From positions 737 to 64,736 of the IMG/VR virus record IMGVR_UViG_3300044461_000051: a DNA stretch of 64,000 bases, one strand, 5' to 3'. This DNA is from a virus. A program made the position numbers and the translations under genes. This document shows, one piece after another, positions 44,701 through 54,130 of the stretch (positions within the stretch are counted from its first letter, which is position 1; every line of letters starts with the position of its first letter). The notes below the pieces were generated by a model that saw nothing but the letters and a program-made list of their open reading frames with translations, searched no databases and was not told the DNA's origin.

Positions 44701-45470
44701 GCCACCCCCGCCTTGATCTCAGCCATCGTCCATTGACACCACGCCAATCTTGCAGCCCACGCAAACCGATCCGGCTTGAACACGTCGCCGATCTGACGCG
44801 ATGTCACCGGCGCAGCCATCGAACCAATATCGGTCGCAACCGTCGGCACGCCCGCGAGTACAGACTCGACCGCCGTGTTCGAATTGAAGGTCACGACGAC
44901 CGCCGCGCGTGCAAGCGCCTCCTGCAGCGTCCCCTTGATTTGCTCGACACGTACCACCGCCGATCTATCTCGTCGAGCCAACGGATGAGGTCTGAATCGC
45001 ACCGGTAGTCCGTAAGCCTTTGCCGCCTTCTTGGCGGACTCGTCATACCAGCGCGTCATGTCCATCCCGCCCAGACTCGCGTCACCCGGCACCTGTCCGA
45101 TCAGCAGCACGTAATCGCCGCCTTCTTTCCAAGGCTTCAGCAGTTCTGAAAAGTGATTGTTGAACCGCACGGGATCATCCAACGGATTGAACTTCGCCCG
45201 GCCGTTCAACCCGTTCCATCCTAGCGAGGTCCACGCGAAACGGTCTCCGATGTAACCGCGTTCCATCACCAGAACTTCATGTCCCGCCCTGCGCAACAGT
45301 CTTCCCACGCGCCAGCCCCAGCACGCGACGTGCTTGGTTGCGGCTACTTGGTCACGCCGAATGGTCGCGGCTATACCATGCGCCTTGAGCCCTTCAGCGA
45401 GAGCGATCGCGTGCGACTCCTGATGCGCGGCACGCGCGGTATAAATTGTCAATCCGCGAATGGGTAGCAC
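44625..45470 (-). CDS. KpsS/KpsC-like (capsule-synthesis, beta-Kdo-transferase-like) glycosyltransferase
   Basis: MERGY, LIGQVPGDASL, FRPHP, VTFNSNTAVESVLAGVP. Confidence 0.75.
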   Translation of the reverse strand: MLPIRGLTIYTARAAHQESHAIALAEGLKAHGIAATIRRDQVAATKHVACWGWRVGRLLRRAGHEVLVMERGYIGDRFAWTSLGWNGLNGRAKFNPLDDPVRFNNHFSELLKPWKEGGDYVLLIGQVPGDASLGGMDMTRWYDESAKKAAKAYGLPVRFRPHPLARRDRSAVVRVEQIKGTLQEALARAAVVVTFNSNTAVESVLAGVPTVATDIGSMAAPVTSRQIGDVFKPDRFAWAARLAWCQWTMAEIKAGVAWAAVQPRSLSEACGDLEIAYTKGQ

Positions 45471-45955
45471 AGCAGACCCGATCCTTTTGTGCAGTTGACG
45501 ATCTCAACACCTTCAGGCGTGCCGTATCGCGCGAACTGCGTCCTGAATATTTCGAACCGCTCAGGCTTAGTGTTCGCCAACCCAACGTGCGGACCGAAAT
45601 AATGCGTCCCTCTCAGGTCCACACCGTAAAGCTCAACGCGCGTTGCGCCGAACACAGTGATCGCAACGTGCACTGCCAGCAAGGCTGAGTTCGATGTGGT
45701 ACTGATCGTCCCATTAACCGCAGCAATACGCTCCACGCCCGACCGTGTGAGTGGGTTCGTGCTGAACTTACGCCCCGCAAATTTCCGCGCATCTTCGTGC
45801 ACACGCCACCACGCTTGATCATTAGCCGCCAACGCGTCGGCATCAGGCGCAAGCCGAAAGGCATCGTTCACAGCAATGCGCCTGCGGCCCTTCAAACTAT
45901 CCGCAAGCGCCTGGCTCATGGACGGCCCCGTCGCGAGTATTGCAAACGTAGTCAC
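45449..45955 (-). CDS. Maf/DUF115 (CstII-like) glycosyltransferase-fold protein 1
   Basis: ILATGPSM, IAVNDAF, NSALLAV, GATRVELYGVDL. Confidence 0.65.
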   Translation of the reverse strand: MTTFAILATGPSMSQALADSLKGRRRIAVNDAFRLAPDADALAANDQAWWRVHEDARKFAGRKFSTNPLTRSGVERIAAVNGTISTTSNSALLAVHVAITVFGATRVELYGVDLRGTHYFGPHVGLANTKPERFEIFRTQFARYGTPEGVEIVNCTKGSGLLCYPFAD

Positions 45956-46389
45956 GCCACGGGTGGATCGCGAAACCTTGCCAAAAGGCTTTCAACTCCT
46001 GGCGACAGAGCATTCCGAGTGCCCTCGCGATCATCATCGAGGTTTGCAATAGCCAGCAGCGTTGCGTTGCGCACAGGACCGGGCACGGACGAGACCCCTT
46101 CGTCGATCGGATCACCGTTGCTATCAAGCGTCAATGTGAAATTGCCCGCCGAATCGAGCGTACCTACCGCCCCGATGCGCGACGGATTACCGTTTGCATC
46201 GACAAGCGGCGCACCACTGGTATCCGTCCACCCGTTCAACGCAGCCGAAGAACCTCCGATATAGTCCATGATGATCTGCGAAACATCGAGCACCAGCCGA
46301 TCAATCCGAACGTCGTCATCGTTTACTAGGACGCCCAGATGTTCCTTCGCCTCAGCGAGCGTGACAAGACGGTATAGGGTCGGGGTCAT
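45952..46389 (-). CDS. Head-tail connector (HK97 gp6-like)
   Basis: LVTLAEAKEHL..DD..I, VRNATLL, VESLL..FR. Confidence 0.85.
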   Translation of the reverse strand: MTPTLYRLVTLAEAKEHLGVLVNDDDVRIDRLVLDVSQIIMDYIGGSSAALNGWTDTSGAPLVDANGNPSRIGAVGTLDSAGNFTLTLDSNGDPIDEGVSSVPGPVRNATLLAIANLDDDREGTRNALSPGVESLLARFRDPPVA

Positions 46390-46392
46390 TGT

Positions 46393-48687
46393 TTACTCGA
46401 CATTGATCGGTGTATGGCCACCATCAGTAGCGTGCAACCACGCCATAATTATTGCAAGGATCATCTCGTCTTCCTCAATTATCCGCCGCATTCTCGACGG
46501 CGGAATGCGGCCGATTCCGCCCGGCAACGTAACTTCGTCACCGGGCAACCGCGCAACAGCATCACCGCGCCCGACCGCAATGCCAAGGACCGCGGACGTA
46601 GCGACCCAAGGCGCAACTGCAGAACCAACGCCAACAGACGCGCCGTCCGCTGACGCAAGGCTCTGCTGCTGCCCGACTACAGCGGCCCCGCTATGTGAGA
46701 CCCCCGTCGCCTCAGCAATAAGGGTGGAGGAATACTGTGCGGCCGCCTCAGCACGAGCAACCGCAGCGCCGGCGGCCGCCGCCAGGCTACTTAAACCCGC
46801 TACAGCCTCGCTACGACTCGCGACGACGCCTGTCCGGCTAGACAGTACCTGCCCGGCCCCAGCCGCGTCAGCGCGTGCCTGTGCGACGGCAGCAGCGGTC
46901 GCCAGACTTGCTCGCGCCCCTGACGCTTCGCCGCGGCCCACCGCGACGGCCGTGCGGTCAATTAGACGTGCCGGCGCCCCGGCCGCCTCAGCACGAGCAA
47001 TCGCCACAGCGGTGCGATCGACGAGCGAACCCGCGGTGCCAAGAACATCGGCACGCCCAATCGACACTGCTGGCGCGTCAGCGGTGCTGCGCTGTTGCGC
47101 AATCGCTTCACCACGCGCCTGCGCGACCGAGCCGGCTGCTGCAAGACTCGCGCCCGACGCGACAGCCTCACCGACACCGCGCGCCACACCGGCCGCCTCG
47201 GCGACGATCGACGCGCTGTAAACCGCAACGGCTTCGCCACGAGCCTGCGCGACGGCAGCACTGGCCGCCGTGCTTTGCTGCGTTGCTAGCGCATCGGCGC
47301 GAGCTTGCGACGCTGCTGATGCTGCTGCGTTGCTTTGTTGAACGGCAACGGCGTCGCCACGGGCTTGCGACGCTGCCGATGCTGCTGCGTTGCTTTGTTG
47401 AACGGCAACGGCGTCGCCCCGTCCGGCTGCGGTGGCTGCTGACGCTGCGAGGCTCGTGCTTGCTGCGACAGCTTCACCACGTCCGGCCGCGATGGCTGCT
47501 GACGCTGCGTTGCTTTGCTGCGTTGCAAGTGCTTCGGCGCGAGCTTGCGACGCTGCCGATGCTGCTGCGTTGCTTTGTTGAACGGCAACGGCCCAAGCTG
47601 CACCAAACGCAACGCCCGTAACCTCTGCGACGATGCTCGCAGCATAGACCGCCGTCGCTTCACCACGTCCGCCCGCGACAGCCGATTGCGCTGCGAGACT
47701 CGTGCTTGCCGCAACACCTTCACCACGCCCCGCTGCGGTGGCTGCTGATTCTGCAAGGCTCGTGCTTGCCGCAACACCTTCACCACGCCCCGCTGCGACA
47801 GCCGATTGCGCTGCTGCACTCTCGCGAGCTGCGGTAGCCTCGCCCCGCGCTGACGCAACACCTGCCTGATCAGCAAGTGACTGCCGAGCTGCGGTAGCCT
47901 CACCACGTCCGGCTGCAACAGCCGACGACGCTGCGAGACTCGTGCTTGCCGCAACACCTTCACCGCGTCCAACCGCGATGGCGGACTGCGCTGCTGCACT
48001 CTGCTGCGTTGCGGCTGCTTCGCCCCGCGCTGACGCAACACCCGCCTGATTGGCAAGCGACTGCTGCGGAGCAACCGACTCACCACGTCCTACTGCAACT
48101 GCGGCGACACTGATCGCACTTTGGCTTGTAGCAACAGCTTCGCCACGAGCCGCCGACACCGCAGCGCTCGCAGCCAACGGCGCACCGACCGCTTGCGCTA
48201 TGCCGCGCCCAATGGCGACGGCGACCTGTGCCGCCGTGCTTTGCTGCGTCGCGACTGCTTCGCCACGACCTAGCGATCGACCGGCCGCGGAAACGAACGT
48301 CTCGCCCGTCGCCTCCGGGATTTCAAACTCGACCCACGAGACTTCGATGCGGTAAGGTTGCTTGACCGCGACGGCAATACCGACGCCCCAAGCGACACCG
48401 ATCTGCGCCGCTAGACTTTCACGTGCCGCGCTGGCTTCACCGCGCGCAACGGAAACGCCTGCTTGATCTGCTGCGGACTGGCTCGCCGCTACCGCGACGC
48501 CGGAAGCAACCGCGACGCCTGCCTGCGCGACATTGCTCGCGCTAGCAGCAGCGCCTTCACCGCGACCATGAGCGACACCGGCAGCGGTGACAAACGTCTC
48601 GGCGCTAGCCGGAACCTGGAGTTCTATCCACGAGACTTCGGCTAGATACGCTTCAGCCCCGCCGCCGAATAGCAGGAGCAGCGACAT
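46393..48687 (-). CDS. Ala/Ser/Gly-rich protein of about 30 tandem 20-aa repeats
   Basis: RG(E/D)A every 20 aa; 60-bp DNA period visible at 47701 and 47761. Confidence 0.8.
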   Translation of the reverse strand: MSLLLLFGGGAEAYLAEVSWIELQVPASAETFVTAAGVAHGRGEGAAASASNVAQAGVAVASGVAVAASQSAADQAGVSVARGEASAARESLAAQIGVAWGVGIAVAVKQPYRIEVSWVEFEIPEATGETFVSAAGRSLGRGEAVATQQSTAAQVAVAIGRGIAQAVGAPLAASAAVSAARGEAVATSQSAISVAAVAVGRGESVAPQQSLANQAGVASARGEAAATQQSAAAQSAIAVGRGEGVAASTSLAASSAVAAGRGEATAARQSLADQAGVASARGEATAARESAAAQSAVAAGRGEGVAASTSLAESAATAAGRGEGVAASTSLAAQSAVAGGRGEATAVYAASIVAEVTGVAFGAAWAVAVQQSNAAASAASQARAEALATQQSNAASAAIAAGRGEAVAASTSLAASAATAAGRGDAVAVQQSNAAASAASQARGDAVAVQQSNAAASAASQARADALATQQSTAASAAVAQARGEAVAVYSASIVAEAAGVARGVGEAVASGASLAAAGSVAQARGEAIAQQRSTADAPAVSIGRADVLGTAGSLVDRTAVAIARAEAAGAPARLIDRTAVAVGRGEASGARASLATAAAVAQARADAAGAGQVLSSRTGVVASRSEAVAGLSSLAAAAGAAVARAEAAAQYSSTLIAEATGVSHSGAAVVGQQQSLASADGASVGVGSAVAPWVATSAVLGIAVGRGDAVARLPGDEVTLPGGIGRIPPSRMRRIIEEDEMILAIIMAWLHATDGGHTPINVE

Positions 48688-48690
48688 GGT

Positions 48691-49401
48691 CTAGATCCCT
48701 ACGCCGAGCAGAATCCCCGTATTCGGTGGCAGGTAGTCGATACGCGCATATCCCGCAGCACCATTGCTGCCGTTACGGTTCGCAGTCGTGCGCCACGAAC
48801 CTCCGCCGCCACCGCCATAGGTCACACCATTATTGCCGACGCCCGTATTCGTGCGCCCCGCACCGCCCGTCCCGGTGTTCGGATTGATCGCCGCGCCAGT
48901 GCCGCCCGTGACTGCGCTGTCCGATCCTTGCGTACCAACGCCCGAACTGCCACCACACCCACCGCCCGGTCCGGTGTTGCTCGTGCCGTTGACGTGTCCA
49001 CCACGCCCGCCCGCGTTGCGCGTCGTCGCAGAACCCGATCCACCTGTACCGCCCGCTGCGCCGCCTGCACCCGCTGCCGCGTTGAGCGCGCCGCCCGTGC
49101 CACCATTCGCGCCGAGCGTGGTCGAGTTGAACGTCGTGGGATTGCCGTTGACGACCGTCGCCGCGCCTGTCGCGGTCTGGCCAACTGCTACCGTGTAGGA
49201 AGTCCCCGGCGCAACCGACAGGCTGTTGTGCTCTGCGTACTCGCCTCCGCCTCCGCCTCCGCCCTTGTTCCCGCTCGTCGTTTGCGCTGGCCCGCCGGTG
49301 CCGCCTCCGCCCCATAGCCTCACACGACAGCGCGTTGTCTTGGCGACGAATGCTGTACTCGCTGCTGTGTAATTGATGACCGGCACGGCATCAGCTTTCA
49401 A
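48691..49401 (-). CDS. Glycine-rich virion fibre-type protein
   Basis: RLWGGGG, GGGGGEY, YGGGGGG, GAAGYARIDY. Confidence 0.75.
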   Translation of the reverse strand: MKADAVPVINYTAASTAFVAKTTRCRVRLWGGGGTGGPAQTTSGNKGGGGGGGEYAEHNSLSVAPGTSYTVAVGQTATGAATVVNGNPTTFNSTTLGANGGTGGALNAAAGAGGAAGGTGGSGSATTRNAGGRGGHVNGTSNTGPGGGCGGSSGVGTQGSDSAVTGGTGAAINPNTGTGGAGRTNTGVGNNGVTYGGGGGGSWRTTANRNGSNGAAGYARIDYLPPNTGILLGVGI

Positions 49402-50233
49402 TCGTGTAGTAAGTCACAACGAGTTGCAGACCGTTGCCCGTCGCGTTGCCGACCGTCGTGATGCGCAGATCCTCACCATCTGCGCCAATGCCGATGATGC
49501 CAGAGCCGTCGCCGCGACCGAAGCCGCCGCCTGCCGGTACACCGCCATGTGAACCGATCACGCCCGTCGTCGTCGGCGTGTTCGCCGTGCCGAAGCCGAG
49601 CAGCACCGAGGGGAATACCGTGCTCGCGTTGTCGAGCGTGATCTGGAAACTCGTCACGACGATCTTGAGCCCGCCGCCGATCGTGATAACTGCGGCATCC
49701 GTGACTGCTGTGGTGATCGTCGTGTGCTTGACCGTAACGATGTTCGGGTGCCCGCCCATGACGAACGGAATGCCCGCACGATTCGCGTAGATGTCAGTGC
49801 GGTCCGCCGCCGCTACCGCCGTCGGGTTCGTGCCGTGCGCGATGGCCTTGGCGCCGATCTTGAACGACTTCGACGTGCTGTCCGGCGAGTCGTGCGCAAT
49901 GTCACCGGACACAGTCAGCGAACCGTCGCTTACGTAAACAAGAAGCGCATCCGCCGGGCCTATCTGCAACGGAACAACATTGTCGGCGCCGTTGATGCCC
50001 GCGACCACGACCGGATTTCCCGAGTACGGATCGCCCTCGGCCACCGTGCCAGCGACAGTTACATCGTTGTTCGTGCCGAGGTTGACGAGCAGCCCACTAG
50101 CATCGGCAGGTATGTGCGTGCGGTCGCCGTTCGCGCTGTAGGCGAGTTTGACTAACTGCGCATGCCCCGACGTGCAATCGTCGGTTGCAATGCTGGTTCC
50201 TGCGCCTGCCGTGATCGCGACGTCGTCGGCCAT
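49391..50233 (-). CDS. Virion appendage-type hypothetical protein
   Basis: MADDVAITAGAG..IATDD start seen in phage fibre proteins; beta-rich. Confidence 0.6.
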   Translation of the reverse strand: MADDVAITAGAGTSIATDDCTSGHAQLVKLAYSANGDRTHIPADASGLLVNLGTNNDVTVAGTVAEGDPYSGNPVVVAGINGADNVVPLQIGPADALLVYVSDGSLTVSGDIAHDSPDSTSKSFKIGAKAIAHGTNPTAVAAADRTDIYANRAGIPFVMGGHPNIVTVKHTTITTAVTDAAVITIGGGLKIVVTSFQITLDNASTVFPSVLLGFGTANTPTTTGVIGSHGGVPAGGGFGRGDGSGIIGIGADGEDLRITTVGNATGNGLQLVVTYYTIES

Positions 50234-50245
50234 TTCGTTTTTTCC

Positions 50246-52594
50246 TTACACTGAAAGCACGCCAACGCGAACCGCGCTTCGGTCGGTAATGTCGGCGACG
50301 TCCGCGGGGTCGACGTCCCACTCATACGTGCCGACGGCGAAGCGTTGCGCGGGATCGGCCGACCGCAATACTTCCGCCTTAAAGGTAGCGATTGCGGTTA
50401 GCGTTTCTGTAAAGCCCGTGATAGTGAACGTCGCGGCGATAGGCCCGGCCGCCGCTTGGATACGGTCCTCCGTCGCCTGCATGTCAAGCGACGGCCCGGC
50501 GTTTTCGCGGATCGTGTAGCCAGTGCCGGCGGCCTTCGCCACCTGATAATTCGGGTCGCCTGTCACACCGAATATATATTGCCCGCTTGTTGCCGTCGTA
50601 ACGTTCCCGCTAGTTACTGCGTCCGTGCCGCCGCCCGGATTTGTTTGCACCTGTGCCGCGTATTGATCACGCTCGCCCGCCCCGCTTACCTCGTGCACGA
50701 TCATGCTTTTACGACCCGCGTTACCGCTTAACGTAACCGTCACTGTGCACGAACCAGACGTGCCGGCGATGGCGTGGAATACCACCAAATTCCCGAACTC
50801 ACCAGATAAAACATCTTCAGTCGTGTAGGTGCTACTGCGGTCGTCGACCACGCTCGACAGCGTGTAGGACGCAGCGCCGTCCCATATGACAGCACCAACG
50901 ATTAGGTTCCCGCTTACCACGTTGCCCGGGAGCGTTACCGCGATATTAGGATCGCCGGTAAAGGCTTCTTCGGATATTTCCGATTGCACGAATTCCGGTT
51001 GCGTGGCCTCATACATCCTCGCCTCAACGCCCGCGCCTCCGGTCAGTTGCTTGACGCGATAGCGGACGATGAAGCCTTCATCGGTGCCCGGGTCGTCGTA
51101 CGTCGGCACGTCGTAGGTGTCGAGCAGACCCGCTGCCGAAGCAGAGACGTAATCGCTATCACTGGCGATTTCCTCGTCTACGCATTCAAAATTAGGCCCC
51201 GGTACAGTCGGCCCGCTCGCGCCTTGCGACGGCGATGCAATCAACGTCAGGTCGAACGTCCCCGCAACATCTGGCTCCGGAGAATCGTTGCCACCTAGCG
51301 GAACGTACATGGTGGGGATGCTGATGCTATAAGGGCTCGCCCCCTCCGCTAGAGCCTCCACGTTGGCCTGCGACAGAGCGACGCCGTCCCACACTGCGAA
51401 GCGCGCTGCCATCCCGTTGAGTGAGATGTAGTCATTCGCATTAAACCGCAATGCCCCGATGGTAAGCAGGTCCAGCCCCGTCGGTCGGGTGTATGGCGCC
51501 TCAGTGCTGTTCGCCCAATCACCATCCAGCACGACGCGGTGCCGGTAGGTGCCCGCGTCATTACGACAGATGTGCGCGACGTGAAACCATGTGTCCACGG
51601 GTGCAGTATTCGTCGTTATAGATGAATCAAAATTTGGCGTCTGTGTTGCCCGGATCGCGTCGGTCGTATGCCGACGAATCTCCCAATACTGATCTGCATC
51701 TGCGTCGCCTAATGACCACAGACACATCGCCCCGCCGGACGCCGATCCACTATTGAACCACCCGGCAACGGTGAACGTCTCAGGGCTAGCGCTCGACAGC
51801 GGGTAAGTTGCCCTCGCCTCCTGCGTCGAACCGTTGAAGTCCCGCGACAACAGCGCCGGGTAGCGCGTCCACGCCACGCTGCCGTCCGCCTCCGGGCGCA
51901 TGAATTGCGGTGGTGCATCGACGTCGGGGTCGCTCGCGCCTTGCGGTGCACCTTCATAGATCGTGAAATCGTAATCGTTTTTCTCGTCTGGTTCCGGCGA
52001 TGCCGTGCCAACGAGCGGCAGATAGGCGAGCAGTTTGTGATTCGCTATCGCCAACGGATTCGCACCGCTGCCAGTTTGCGCGCCGCCCGAAAATGGTCCG
52101 GCAAGCGCTTCGACTTGCGCTTGCGATAACGCGATGTCTCCCCACAACGCCCAATGCGCAATCTGTCCGTCGATCCTAGCGAGTAAGTTCGTCGTCAACA
52201 TCCCAATCAAAACTTCGATAGGCTGATTGAGTGCCTGCGCCGCACCCGAGTACGTGCCCGAGTTCGCCCAATCCCCGTTGATGACGCAACGCCATGTCGT
52301 GCTGTTGGTCAGGATAGCTGCGACGTGCGACCACTCATCGAAACTGAACGTATTGCCTTGGTCGTTTGAATAGAACCACGCGTCGTTGAAGTGCGCAATG
52401 CGCACGTGCTCATCGACTTGGAGTTCTATGCCCCATTGTTCTGTGTTGTCGATCCGCCACCCGCACGCCGAGTTTTGATCGTTTGAATGCGGGATATTCA
52501 TCCAAAAGCAAATAGAAATCGGATACGCGAACGCCGGGAGGCCGCCGCTGTCGCGCAGCAAGTATCCAGAAGCCTCGGTGAATTCGCGGCTCAT
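50246..52594 (-). CDS. Multi-domain protein with two LamG/ConA-like domains and nested insertions
   Basis: WSHVA / WFHVA and IAHWALW / FAVWD LamG motifs; split copy of the C-terminal module of 52969-54123. Confidence 0.7.
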   Translation of the reverse strand: MSREFTEASGYLLRDSGGLPAFAYPISICFWMNIPHSNDQNSACGWRIDNTEQWGIELQVDEHVRIAHFNDAWFYSNDQGNTFSFDEWSHVAAILTNSTTWRCVINGDWANSGTYSGAAQALNQPIEVLIGMLTTNLLARIDGQIAHWALWGDIALSQAQVEALAGPFSGGAQTGSGANPLAIANHKLLAYLPLVGTASPEPDEKNDYDFTIYEGAPQGASDPDVDAPPQFMRPEADGSVAWTRYPALLSRDFNGSTQEARATYPLSSASPETFTVAGWFNSGSASGGAMCLWSLGDADADQYWEIRRHTTDAIRATQTPNFDSSITTNTAPVDTWFHVAHICRNDAGTYRHRVVLDGDWANSTEAPYTRPTGLDLLTIGALRFNANDYISLNGMAARFAVWDGVALSQANVEALAEGASPYSISIPTMYVPLGGNDSPEPDVAGTFDLTLIASPSQGASGPTVPGPNFECVDEEIASDSDYVSASAAGLLDTYDVPTYDDPGTDEGFIVRYRVKQLTGGAGVEARMYEATQPEFVQSEISEEAFTGDPNIAVTLPGNVVSGNLIVGAVIWDGAASYTLSSVVDDRSSTYTTEDVLSGEFGNLVVFHAIAGTSGSCTVTVTLSGNAGRKSMIVHEVSGAGERDQYAAQVQTNPGGGTDAVTSGNVTTATSGQYIFGVTGDPNYQVAKAAGTGYTIRENAGPSLDMQATEDRIQAAAGPIAATFTITGFTETLTAIATFKAEVLRSADPAQRFAVGTYEWDVDPADVADITDRSAVRVGVLSV

Positions 52595-52631
52595 AGTTCT
52601 TGGCAGTTATTCGAATTGCCCTTACACACGA

Positions 52632-52958
52632 TCACGGTGTCAGGGTCAGTCCAGACGGTGCGCCCGGGCTGCCGGGCCTGCTGAAAGCTAAAGGGACGGC
52701 ATCAACGGACTCCAGCCGCCCCCATACAGGATCGACCTTCACAGCGCGCGCGGTGACGTTGTGCGCGCCGACAGTAACGGTGTCGACGCTCCACTCACAG
52801 CGCTTTGGCGTACCGACCACAGGCAGGTCGGCAGTCCACGCGCCGCCGTCGAGACGGAACGTGCAATGCGTCGTGGTCTGATCGACGAGGTCACCGACAA
52901 CTTCGACCGCGTAGGCGGGCAGCGAGAACAGCGCGAGAGCAAGCACGAGGATGCGCAT
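52632..52958 (-). CDS. Small exported beta-sandwich (Fn3-like) protein
   Basis: Sec signal MRILVLALALFSLPAYA; two Cys; PGAPSGL. Confidence 0.6.
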   Translation of the reverse strand: MRILVLALALFSLPAYAVEVVGDLVDQTTTHCTFRLDGGAWTADLPVVGTPKRCEWSVDTVTVGAHNVTARAVKVDPVWGRLESVDAVPLAFSRPGSPGAPSGLTLTP

Positions 52959-52968
52959 GGCGATTCCT

Positions 52969-54123
52969 TCACACGGAGAAAAGAGCGGGCCGCAGATTGT
53001 CCTGGTCGACAACCGTAGCCATATCGTCAGGGTCGACTTCCCATTCGTAGTTACCCGCTGCGAAGCGTTGCACGGGATCAGCCGAGATAAGCGTCGTTCC
53101 TTCGTACAGCCGCGCCTCGACGCCCGCGCTACCTTCAGCGAGCTTCACGCGGTAGCGCATGATGTAGCCGGTGTTCGTGCCAGGATCAGTGAACGACGGC
53201 ACGTCGTAGGAGTCGAGCAGGCCCGCCTCGAGCGCGTAGACGTAGTCGGCGTCACTCGCGACCGCTTCGTCCACGCATTGATAGTTGGTCCCGGCGCTGG
53301 GCGTCCATTCGGCGCTCCCGTTCGCTTCCGGGCGTACGATCGTCGGGCCGCCCACTTCCGGCATCGCCGGCAGGCGCAAGTATCGCTGCGTCAGTTCGCG
53401 TAACGGATCGCGAGAAAGTGCCTTACCCTCTGCATCTGTGAGCGTGTCATAAATGACCGCATACAACGCAATCACTACGCTCGCAGTCGCCGGCGACGCC
53501 GTCCCACCGCGTACGATGCCACCGTTAGCGATCCATTGATACGTAGTCGTGCCGCTTATCGTGCCACGCGTTCCCGTACCATCCGCGACGCCGTCAATCC
53601 ACAGCGCGCCCGCGCCACCCGTCGCAAGGTCGAACGAACCTACCGCGCCATGCGGAAAACCGTTATTGACGTTGACAGCACCGCCCGAAGTGATGTCAAA
53701 CGGCAGATTCCCCGACCCGTCCTGCAGATACATGCGCAGCTTCGCCGCATCCGTCGTCCCGTACACAACCGGCAGGAGCGTGTTGCCGCTGCTACCGCTG
53801 TCAGAACCCAGCCCACTAATGGAGTTGGTAGTCGTGTGTCCAATAGAACGCCACAGCAAAACAATAGAAAATTTTTCGTTTGCCGCCAGCAAGACATGGC
53901 GGTTAAGCCGCGCCGACAGATGACGAGCGGTCCCGCCAACATAGTGACCGGCTACACCCTGACGCACTCCCCACGACCCAATCAGTGCCGTGTTTCGTGT
54001 GAAAACACGCCCTTCGTTCGTCGTGTTATCAGTGCCGACGAAGCCCGCGACACGCTTGCCACGCCACTGCGTAAGCAACCGCAGCGGTTCGACCGGCGAT
54101 AGCGAAATGGCGCCGAGTGCCAT
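52969..54123 (-). CDS. LamG/ConA-like domain protein with C-terminal module
   Basis: FSIVLLWR, LWIDGV, LTDAEGKAL; C-terminal RPEANG...CVDE module. Confidence 0.7.
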   Translation of the reverse strand: MALGAISLSPVEPLRLLTQWRGKRVAGFVGTDNTTNEGRVFTRNTALIGSWGVRQGVAGHYVGGTARHLSARLNRHVLLAANEKFSIVLLWRSIGHTTTNSISGLGSDSGSSGNTLLPVVYGTTDAAKLRMYLQDGSGNLPFDITSGGAVNVNNGFPHGAVGSFDLATGGAGALWIDGVADGTGTRGTISGTTTYQWIANGGIVRGGTASPATASVVIALYAVIYDTLTDAEGKALSRDPLRELTQRYLRLPAMPEVGGPTIVRPEANGSAEWTPSAGTNYQCVDEAVASDADYVYALEAGLLDSYDVPSFTDPGTNTGYIMRYRVKLAEGSAGVEARLYEGTTLISADPVQRFAAGNYEWEVDPDDMATVVDQDNLRPALFSV

Positions 54124-54130
54124 TGCAGTG

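Noticed and set aside
41506-45955. Glycosyltransferases as a lysogenic O-antigen conversion or DNA glucosylation cassette
   Set aside because: Not preferred: no GtrA/GtrB or multi-TM proteins, genes co-oriented and coupled within the late operon, far from the DNA metabolism genes; not formally excluded
46268-48355. Long + strand and alternate-frame ORFs over the Ala-rich repeat gene
   Set aside because: Stop-poor shadows of GC-rich repetitive coding sequence
50246-54123. Possible diversity-generating retroelement (TR/VR) from the duplicated module
   Set aside because: Similarity is at protein level with many non-adenine differences; no reverse transcriptase in the window
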